Shown here: piece after piece, positions 21,450 to 32,189 of the stretch
How positions within the stretch are numbered: the stretch's first letter is position 1
How the letters are laid out: the number at the start of each line of letters is the position of its first letter
Source: Azolla caroliniana
Taxonomy: Eukaryota > Plantae > Polypodiophyta
Length of the DNA: 64,000 bases
Direction of reading: 5' to 3'
NCBI GenBank assembly: GCA_043228905.1
Contig: JBHGNT010000002.1
Location: forward strand, 310,001 to 374,000
The notes under the pieces: generated by a model
What the model saw: only the letters and a program-made list of their open reading frames with translations
The model's database searches: none
What the model was told of the DNA's origin: nothing
Program-made: the position numbers and the translations under genes

Positions 21450-23584
21450 TGTAAAAAATAACGTGCAGAAGCAAGTATGAAGACCGAACAGAAGGAAGAA
21501 AACTCAGGTTTAATGGAGAGCTTGAGCTTACGCAGTATACGCGGGAGAGACGGAGAGAGTGAGAGAGAGAAAACACAAGAACTATATTCAACCTCTATTC
21601 TCGACTCTATACATATGTGTGTTCAATGAACACTTTTATACAAGTCCTAGAAGGACTGACCGAAGTACTGACAGTACTTCAATGCTCATTGAGAGCTCCT
21701 ACGCTAACTCCCAAATATATTCCTCACGGAATATCTTTCCTAACGGCCTCCCGGTTTATGCACCGATCTGGCCCTACCTACGCACCGGTCTGCGTACCGG
21801 TTTACGCATTCGGCCTAACCGATCGGTCCCAACCGATCCGGTTCTCGGCTTCTTCAGCCGATCCGGCCGATGTTGAGCTTGTCTCTCAACACTCCCCCTC
21901 AAGCTCAACTTGAGGCTCTTCTGGATCTTCGGGCTCACAGCTCCGGTTCCTCTTGGCTTCACGCCTCGCTCGCGCTCCTCGACCTGTTCGACTCCGCGCG
22001 CTTCGACCCTTCCGGTCGGCTTGTCTGCTCACGTGGCCCTTATAAGCTCTTCTGCTATTGCGGTGTTGACGCTTCTCCTGCTGCCTTTTCTTCCGCTTCG
22101 GCCTCGGTTAATTCAGCATATCTGAATCAAACATCCGAACCGACTCGGCTACCTCCGATCGGTTTTCGCTCTCGTCCGAGTTGGCTGTCTCCAACTCGTC
22201 TTCGGTCTTCTCGCCCTCGATGGCGTCATCTTCCCCATGCATGGTTGGCTTCGGCTTTCTCCTTCGGCTGCTCCCCTTCTGTCCACTTCCGGACTTTTCC
22301 GCGGGTCTGCCCTCGGCTTCTTTAGCCGATCCGAAGTCGAACTCGACAACCGACTCGGTGTCGCGGTCTCCGCTCCTTTCCTGCTGCCTTGCTTGGTCGT
22401 TCAGGACTGTTCTCCCCCTCAAGTTTGGCATGTCGAGGTGATGCAATCCGAGCGCACCTGAGAATTGCCGCAACTTGTCCAGACCAAGAGGCTTTGTGAA
22501 GATGTCTGCAGTCTGCCGATCCGTCGGAACGTACTGAAGTTCGACTTCACCGGAAAGGACATGCTCACGAATGAAATGGTAGTGCACCTGAATGTGCTTG
22601 GTCCGTGCGTGGAAAACGGGGTTTTTCGCGAGCTGGATGTTGCTGAGGTTGTCGCAGTAGATCGTCGTCGTATCTGACACCTCCTCTTGCAGGTCCTTAA
22701 GTAGCCGTTTCAACCATATGGCTTCGCATGTCGCGACAGCCGTCCTCGGTACTCAACTTCGGTGCTCGACAGTGCAACTGTCGGCTGCTTCTTACTGCTC
22801 CACGCGATCGCGACACTCCACGCGATCTCGAACATAGCTCAACAGTTGTTCGCCCACACACGACGCGAAGCAATATAATACCCTACTCGCCGATTGCTCC
22901 CACGACGGGAAGTCTCTGTGTGTCGATTCGGGTGCCGCGTCATTAGCTCCTTCGACATAACTCCAGTAGCCGTTCCCGAGCAGGTACTGGTGCATCTTGT
23001 AAGACCAAGACGCGTAGTTGGTTTTGTCGAGCTTCTCTGTTGGAAGCGAGCTCGCCATGCTTCTATCCATCGTTCTTCTTGTTCTTCTTCGTCAAGCTGT
23101 GTCGGCTGCAGAGAGGTTCTCAACCCTCGCGCTCTGATACCATGTAAAAAATAACGTGCGGAAGCAAGTATGAAGACCGAACAAAAGGAAGAAAACTCAG
23201 GTTTAATGGAGAGCTTGAGCTTATGTAGTATACGCGGGAGAGACAGAGAGAGTGAGAGAGAGAAAACACAAGAACTATATTCAACCTCTATTCTCGACTC
23301 TATACATATGTGTGTTCAATGAACACTTTTATACAAGTCCTAGAAGGACTGACCGAAGTACTGATAGTACTTCAATGCTCATTGAGAGCTCCTACACTAA
23401 CTCCCGAATATATTCCTCATGGAATATCTTTCCTAACGGCCTCCCGGTTTACGCACCGATCCGGCCCTACCTACGCACCGGTCTGCGTACCGGTTTACGC
23501 ATTCAGCCTAACCGATTGGCCCCAACCGATCTGGTCCTCGGCTTCTTCAGCCGATCCGGCCGATGTTGAGCTTGTCTCTCAACA
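21450..23584 (-). mobile_element. Copia-3: internally deleted non-autonomous Ty1/copia (2.1 kb)
   Basis: LTRs 21450-21891 and 23143-23584; TSD GTTAT both sides; minus-strand PBS-Met 23131-23142 and PPT 21892-21903; the internal part is the gag N-terminus joined to the RNase H C-terminus (IYCDN..NPVFHARTKHI). Confidence 0.95.
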
Positions 23585-23589
23585 GTTAT

Positions 23590-24656
23590 GGTGGCCTACA
23601 ACGAAAAAGGATGCCCACGAGTTCTGCCGATAGTGCGACTTGTGCCAACGGTTGGGACAACCGATGGAACAAGCTCGAATGCCACACCAACCCATTCTTC
23701 AATTGGAACCATTTCAAAAATGGGGGTTAGATTTTGTGGGACCCTTCAAACCAGCCGCGGCCCGAACCGGTAATAAGTATATCATCGTCGCCACGGACTA
23801 CTGCACAAAATGGGTCGAGGCAAAGGCTTCTTTACAAGACAACATGGCAGCGTCCATGGCCAAATTCGTGTACGAACATGTCTGGTGCTGTTATGGATGT
23901 CCAATTGAGCTCGTTAGTGACCAAGGTGGGCACTTTATAAACCATATAATACGTGAGCTAATGACTCACCACGGAGTGGTACATAAGAAAAGCACACCAT
24001 ACTACCTGTAGGCAAACGGATTGGCAAAATCGACTAACAAAATTCTCCAAACAATCCTAAAGAAGATCGTCAACGAGAACCACACCAATTGGGATGACAA
24101 GCTCCAGAGTGCACTGTGGGCTTACCGCACGACATTCAAAACGAGCATTCAATCTACCCCCTTTCGGATGGCTTTTGGTCTAGAAGCCATTATGCCCATC
24201 GAGTTCCAAGTCCCGAGTCTCCGAGTGCACGTTAAAGCACGACTTCCCGAGGCCCAATCCGAACAATTGAGGCTGGAACAACTCCTCGAACTTGGCGAGG
24301 ACCGAGTAGTGAGCATGGCCCAACTTGAACAGCGCCAACGCCAACAAAAAGCCTTTGTGGACCGACATCGGAAGGGATTGGAACAAGAACTGACCATAGG
24401 CAAACCGGTCCTCATTTTCCAAACACGACTCGGTACTATGCCAGGAAAGTTACGATTTCGATGGACCGACCTCTTCTGGATTATTGACGAGTTTAACGGC
24501 ACGTACCAGCTCGGCACCCTCACTGGGGAAATAGTCAAAAGCTGGGTGAATGGATTCCGACTACGACCATACCGGGGAAATACCCCAACCAACCCTTTCG
24601 CTGAGTCTCACGGCACGGACACAGCCACGAAGGAGGCCACGTGTCCCCCTCGGTAA
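23590..24656 (+). pseudogene. Element B integrase
   Basis: WWPT..CDLCQR, KWGLDFVGPF, VSDQGGHF, ALWAYRT, GKLRFRW; no chromodomain. Confidence 0.9.
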
Positions 24657-26497
24657 GGACCCACCAACATTCCAAAGTAGACATTAGGTAGGATTAGGCA
24701 TAGTTTTAGCAATTAGTTAGTTCCACCTACACCACCTACCACCTCACCCAGATCACGTTAGGTTAGAGGCACCCATTAGTCACTTTCACATTCACTTAAG
24801 TATTTAAAGGCACATGCACAACATCCAAGGTGCAACACTAAATCCCTAGGACACGTGGCCATAATATCCTATTATGGCATCCACGCCCAAGAATCTCCAG
24901 GCTCCTCTTCATGCACAAAACCCTAGGCGTTCGCTAAAAAACAGTTACCCCAAGCCCACTCCACACACAAACGTTTTCTTGCACACTCAACATTCATCGC
25001 TTCCATGCTCTCAAGCTTCCTCTCGCTCTCAGCGCGTTTATCACTCCCACCGCTCTTGCTCACAAGCTCTCTCTTGCCCTCGTAGCCCCGCTGCCGCACC
25101 ACAACCATCTCCTTCCCTCACGCACCCTGATGCCCAAGTGGTTGCACGACAAATCCACCCAGACACAGTCACCAACAATATGATTCGTGCTGCCTTGGAC
25201 CTGAAACGAGGAGGTGACCATGAGGTCGAGATTCCCCCTTCCACGACCCTGAAGGAATACTTTGGTGCGTATTCCATATCTGGTAAAGCCTACCGCACCT
25301 ACGGTGGATCCAACAAGGCATTCAGGGAACTTGCTCGCATCCAGTATGCCACAGAGCAAAGCGATGATCATCATCAGTGCTTACGTGGGAAACAAAATTG
25401 ACTGGGGAATCATCACAGGCGAAGGAATCCGGGCGGCGCTCGAATCCTTCCAAACCGGTAAGCGTCGGTTGCCTATGATCAACCACTTCCTTACAGTCCT
25501 CTACCCACCTGCTTCGGTTTCCCCTCGTCGCACCCTGATCTCTCCACCACTACCACGGAAACAACGCAGGCAGATTTTGGAGATAACTCAGGAAGAATGG
25601 GAAGAATCCTCATCTTCTCCACCTCCCGTAGGCGTTCGGCACCCCATTTCCACCTCGGCCCCACCCCCACCAAAAACACAAAGACAACGGGCAATGACAG
25701 CAACCCGTGTCGAATGGGATGAGGCCGAGGAGGCCATCCCCGAGGATGTCACCATACGCCAGAGGCCACCAAGGACATCAATGACCTCTCCTCAACCAAG
25801 CCCACGGCCCCCCAGCCAACAGGCCGAGGAGCCAACACCACCGACCCCGAACGCGCAGGACAAGCCGCCAAAAAGACGTCGTATCATTCGAGAGGCAACC
25901 ATAGAAATTGAGGACGACCAGTGGCAAAAATCAAAAGAGGCTACCCCCCCCCCTCCACGGACATAGTACCAGCGGAGTCATGGCTCCAAGTCGGAACGAT
26001 TGAGCATGGCCAAACCACGCAGATATCAGAGGAGGAAGTCCTCAAGTACAAAGATCTCCCCGCGGAGGCATACGAGTTGAGTGCACTACTTCTATTGGGC
26101 ACAACTTACGAGTTAATGGATTTCCTCGCACGTGCCCAAGTAGCTGTCGCCGCTCGTATGGCCGAGGAGCACGCCGAAACAAAGATGATCCAACGCGTTG
26201 TCATGATATGGCAAAACTCGAACCCATGACCTTATGCTACATGGGTCGAGCTCTTGACCATTAGACTATACATTGTAATATGTAGAATATTATTTTCATT
26301 TATGTTTTATTATAGAAAATTGATGTATATTCCAGATTTCTATGGAACATTCTAGAAACTTCAGGAGTATTCCTTAGAACACTATAAAAGGAGGCAGAAG
26401 GCATTATTTCGAACCAAATCGGTTCAACGCCAGTCTTAAGCCTCCTAGCTACTATACATTTTCTTCACATAATATATATCTTTTCTTATCATCACTC

Positions 26498-26530
<33 letters not shown>

Positions 26531-26712
26531 CCCTCCCTCTCACTCACTCTTTCCTTCTCTGGAGAGTTCTTCACCTCTCTTAGTACTAATACTTCTTTTA
26601 GTACTAATTCCTTCTCTGTCTTAGTATTGTTCCTGACAGTTTGAACTGATTTCCCCTACCTTCTGTCTCTCTCATTTCCTACTAATCTCTTATTCCTCTT
26701 TTCTTTCATCCC

Positions 26713-27473
26713 ATGGCCACTGTTAGCGCTGAAGAATATCAATCTGTTTTTTCGGAATTTCAATGCTTGAAAGAGAAGTTCCATGCTTTGGAACAAGAAA
26801 ACCAACAGTTGCTGGGGGATCTTCAGCAAATCTCCTTACAAAAGCAGCAAACGCAACAACAGCATGGGGAACTTGCGTTACGCTGTCGTGAAGAATTTCG
26901 GCCAGAGGCGGAAACCGGGAACATTGGCTACATCGGCGGGGTGCAGCGTGTGAACGCACCCATCTACATTTAGTGTGAATATCGAGGGCGCCTTTATGGC
27001 GCCGAAGAGTAGTCAAGTCGAGGCAGACGATCCCATGTAAGGCGGGATTTGTCCCACGTTGTAACGCATCCCTTTCCTTATTCTGTAAAAGGAAGGGAAC
27101 GCCATTTGTGAGAGGGTTGCCCATTTTGCATTAGAGGGTATACCGTTAGGTTTAGAGTTAGGTTCTTCTTCTTCTCCTTCTGCGTGTTTCACTTAGGGTT
27201 TGCTTGGTTCGGCCTCCTGTGCAAGACCCCACTAGGCACGACGAGCTAAGAGCTCCCTAACGGCGGCTTGACAGCAGACGACTACTGTAACCTACGTCAG
27301 TCCGGCTCGACGCCGGGAATGTATTCTTCCCTTCACATATATATATATATACGTTTGTCTATGTATATTCGTGTCGTTGTTGGCGTCGGGTGCTTACCCT
27401 TTCCTGCGTTTTCTGTACATAAGGCGTGAGTCGGGTTGTGCGTGTGTGCGTGTGCGTGTGCGTGAGTCGGTGT

Positions 27474-27538
<65 letters not shown>

Positions 27539-28625
27539 GTTGCTTCCGGTGTGTCTCTGGGATGCCCAGAAACGGTGAAGCACGACTTCCTACGCTCCAT
27601 CACTCTCTAGTCCATGACCCCTGTGGTCCCGCCTTTCTCCACGCACGCGCGTAACAACGCGACAACGCGTGCAACAACTCGAAGCCACCATCGTAGTGAT
27701 GCAACAACAAGGGCCCGGAACACAAGGGATTCATAAAGAACCCAAGATTGGCCTTCCCACAAAGTTTGATGGAACGCGATCGCAGTTTAGAGGGTTCCTT
27801 AACCAGGTACAATTAGTTATTCAAATGCATCCTTCCCGATATCCCACCGATGCATCACAAGTGGGTTTAGTATGCACTTTGTTAAGTGGCTCAGCGTTGG
27901 CATGGTTCACTCCACTATTAAAAAAGGAATCTCCGTTACTCAACAATTTTGAAGAGTTTCTAGGTGAGTTTAAAGCATGTTTTGGAGATACTGATAGCAT
28001 CAGGACCGCAATCAACAAAATTCGGCGATTACGCCAAGGTGACCGTCCAGCCTCTGCACACGCTGCAGATTTTTGCCTACTCGCCGCCGATGTCCCTTGG
28101 GATGATCAAGCGTTGATGGAGCAATTCCGTTATGGTTTACGCAACGACGTCAAGGATTTACTCTTGACCTTCCCTGAAGAGCCAAAGTCCTTAACAAAAG
28201 CAATCAGTCGCACGATGAGATGTGGCAACCGCCTCTTTGAGCGACGTTCGGAACGACAGCTACAAATGCCGAGGGCAAGATCAGAGCCCACATACGCCTC
28301 AGTGGTATCAAGACCTTTTCCAAGGGAGTCATATAATGCGCCTCCAACAAATACTACACGTCGTCGAGGGCCATTGTCCAAAGAAGAAAAGCAGCGACGC
28401 CGTACAAATCGACTATGTCTTTACTGCGGTGGACCAGGACATATTGCAATAAATTGCCCCCATAGGCCAAGAAGACAGGTAAACCAAATAGTCGCTAGTT
28501 CTAATTGTACTAAACTTGAGCCTATTTCAGTAGGGATATCTGATAGTCCTAATAGTACTAATGGCCCAGATCTAGCGAACAGATTTGATGTCCTTAGTCA
28601 GTTAGAAGAAGAGTTAAACGACTAA
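26713..28625 (+). pseudogene. Element D gag, interrupted by a solo LTR
   Basis: KEPKIGLPTKFDGTRSQFRGFL, LRQG, CLYCGGPGHIAINC; removing 26884-27668 restores LALR-VQQLEA. Confidence 0.9.
26884..27664 (+). mobile_element. Solo LTR of the Trp-primed gypsy group (C3)
   Basis: TGTCGTGAAGA...CGCGTAACAACGCGACA; perfect 4-bp TSD ACGC (26880-26883 / 27665-27668); internal (CT)n. Confidence 0.93.
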
Positions 28626-31600
28626 GTCCAGCCAAAATAGGAGCCGTTTGGTTGGACAACCCTAGATCTGTGCAGCCCATTAGTGGTTCCATTCCCTCTA
28701 AGCAAGTTAGTGATGTGTTCGTAGCCCAAGTAATAGTTAGTACTAAAAGTACCCCTCCAGTACATGTCCTAGCACTCCTAGATTCTGGAGCTAACTCTTG
28801 CTTTAAGGATAAGAAATTTGCTCAAGCTCATAAGATATCCCTAAGAAAACTCTAGTGTCCAGCCTCTGTAGTAGTCATTGATGGACGTCCCATTGCTTCC
28901 GGAAATATCATAGAAGAGTCAGAGCCCATTAATATTGTCCTAGATAACTTAGCATGTGTAGTATCATTTAATATTATTAGTATCCCAGAACATCCCATAG
29001 TTTTAGGATTTCCGTGGTTCGAGTTACATAACCCAGACATAGATTGGAGAACAAGAGAAATCCGGTGTCGACAAACCCAAGGGTCAACTCAGAAGATGGC
29101 AACCATTTCGCTATGTCAGTTGCGTAAAGAAGGGCGCAAGGAAGAAATGTTCCTCTTTGCAATATCAGTAAACCCCTCCAACACCACTAAAGAAGAATCC
29201 ACCGTTCAACTTCCCGAGAAGTATCGTCATTACGTCGATGTGTTCGATAAAGTACAAGCCAACACACTTCCTCATCATCGACCGTACGATTGCCCCATCG
29301 ATTTACAACCAGGAAAAGAGTCGCCATGGGGACCGATCTACAATTTGTCACCAACCGAGCTGGAAGTCCTTCGGGCCTATATAGAGGAGAATTTGGAAAA
29401 TGGTTTCATTCGGCATTCGAAATCTCTAGCTGGCGCGCCCATTTTCTTCGTCAAGAAAAAAGATGGATCGCTTCGTCTCGTTGTAGATTACCGTGGCCTG
29501 AATAAGGTTACAATCAGGAATAGGTATGCTCTTCCCCTTATCTCAAGTCTTTTAGAACGGATCAATGGTGCCAGGTTCTTCACGAAGATCGACTTACGGG
29601 GAGCATATAACCTCGTACGGATCCGACCAGGAGACGAATGGAAGACCGCGTTTCGTACCAGATATGGGCACTTCGAGTATACGGTCATGCCGTTCGGCCT
29701 CACTAATGCGCCGGCAGTCTTCCAGCACATGGCTAATGATATATTTCGAGATCTATTGGATGATTGTTTGATCATCTATTTGGATGATCTACTGGTTTAT
29801 TCAAAGACCCAAGAAGAACATGATTCTCATGTACTATTAGTACTAAAACGACTTCGAGAACATGGTATGTATGCAAAGCTGGAAAAATGTAGTTTCGGGT
29901 GCAACCAAGTGGAATTTCTCGGGTACATCATTTCAGCAGAAGGCATCTCCATGGACCCAGCTAAGGTCAAAACGGTGGTAGAATGGCAGACTCCGCATTC
30001 GGTGCGGGATGTGCAATGCTTCCTAGGCTTTGCCAATTTTTACCGGAAGTTCATACAAGATTACTCAAAGATCGTTCTACCTCTCACACAACTTACCAAG
30101 AAGGGACAACCGTTCATCTGGTCTGAAGAAACGGACATGGCTTTCGAGAGTCTTAAAAAGGCATTTACATCGGCTCCAATTCTAGCTCATGTCGATCCGG
30201 AAAAACCATTCATTATCGAAGCTGATGCATCGGATTTTGCATTGGGGAGCATTCTGTCACAACAGGGGAATGATGAGAAGCTACATCCTGTGGCTTTTCA
30301 CTCACGCAAGTTTGACGCCGCCGAAATCAACTACAAAATTCATGATAAGGAGCTACTGGCAATAGTGGATTCTTTTATGCAATGGAGGCATTTTCTGGAG
30401 GGATCCTCGCATCCGGTCACTGTATTTAGTGACCACAAGAACCTTGCCTACTTTCAGGATGCTCGTGTGTTGAATCGACGTCAAGCTCGGTGGGCCCACT
30501 TCCTCACGCGTTTCGACTTCAAAATTACATATTGTCCGGGGAAGCACCAAGGGAAGGCAGATGCATTATCACGGCGTTCGTATCTAGCATCCCGTCCCGG
30601 CGAGCTAGCTTTCGATAACCAAAAACAAGTCATCTTGGGACCGGCACAGCTACAAGCAACACAGATCTTTGACATGCCCATGGATTCCCGCGTTATCGAT
30701 ACCATACGCGAAGACTTGAAGACAGATGCGTTCGCCCAAGCTATACTAGCACAAATTGATCCCTCTCGCGCGTCGTGTTTACAGTCGCAACCACCAGGTA
30801 CAAACTATCGGCAATTCAAATACCATGATGGATTACTCTTCTTTAAAGAACTTTTGTATGTTCCTAATGGTTCTTGCCGCCTTCAAGTAGTACAAAACTG
30901 TGGCCCTTTTGGTAGTACTAAAACATTACATTTAGTACAACGATCATTCTGGTGGCCCTGTATGCGACAATTTGTCGAGGATTTTGTTCGGACTTGTGAT
31001 ACATGCTGCAGAGCGAAAATGCCAAGGCATCATCCATATGGTTTATTAGAACCATTACCAATTCCAAGCAAGCCGTGGCAATCCATTGCTCTAGACTTCA
31101 TCATAGATCTTCCAGTCTCTGAGGGGTTTAATGCGATTCTAACGGTGGTCGATCGATATACGAAGATGGCTCATTTCTTGCCATGTACTAAGGAGATCTC
31201 CAGTGAAGACACTGCCGAAATTGTCATGCGTGAAGTACGTCGGCATCATGGACTTCCCGATAGTATCATCAGCGACCGTGAACCCCAGTTCGTGTCAAAT
31301 TCTGGAAGCACCTTTTTAACATGCTCAAGGTCACTTGTAACCTCTCTTCCGGCTACCACCCCCAAACCGATGGCCATGCCGAACGAACCAATCAAACGCT
31401 GGAGCAGTATCTACGGTGCTTTCTCAGCTATCATCAGGATAACTGGGCAGATATTCTCCACTTCGCTGAATTTGCCTATAACAACTCTATCCACGCATCC
31501 ACTAAAGTTACGCCATTTTATGCTTATACGGGATGTCACCCCGGTGGTGTGTACTTGGAACCCCAGAGGTGTCCACAAATCCTTGCGCAGAAGATCGTTT

Positions 31601-32189
31601 GGAGAGGTTACGCAAGATACAAGCGGATGTATCTACTCACCTCCAACAAGCTCAACAAACACACAAGGTTTATGCAAATCGTCATCGACTCCCATCTAGT
31701 TTTAACATTGGAGATCGGGTGTGGCTGCTACGATGACACATCAAGACCACTCGCCCATGCGAGAAGTTGGATTATCGGCGATTAGGTCCTTTCCGTATTC
31801 TAGGAAAGATTAATGATGTCGCTTTTCGTCTTGATCTACCTCCACAACTTCAGATACATCCGGTGTTTCATAGTTCTCTCCTCGAACCCTATCAAGAGAG
31901 CACCATCCCAGGACATATTACACAACCTCCACCCCCGATCGAGCTTGAAGATGGACCTGAGTACGAGGTTGCTGCCATCCTTGATTCCAAGCTTGTTCGC
32001 AACAAGCTCTACTATCTAGTCGATTGGATAGGATATAGTCCCAACGAGCGTACATGGGAACCGATAGAGAATGTCACCAATGCTCGTGCTCTTCTTGAAG
32101 ACTTCCATCATCAATATCCAGACAAACCGGGTCCTCAATCCAAAACGACTCGTTACACTCGTCGTTTTAAAAGGGGGATAGTGTCATGA
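28613..32189 (+). pseudogene. Element D pol: PR-RT-RH-INT-chromodomain
   Basis: ALLDSGANS; KTAFRTRYGHFEY, IYLDDLL; EADASDFALG; ALDFI; EYEVAAILDSK..YYLVDWIGYSPNERTWEP; a few stops and frameshifts. Confidence 0.93.

Noticed and set aside
26205-26280. Functional tRNA gene in the element D LTR
   Set aside because: The acceptor and T stems do not pair; only the promoter boxes remain, so it is reported as a tRNA-derived module.
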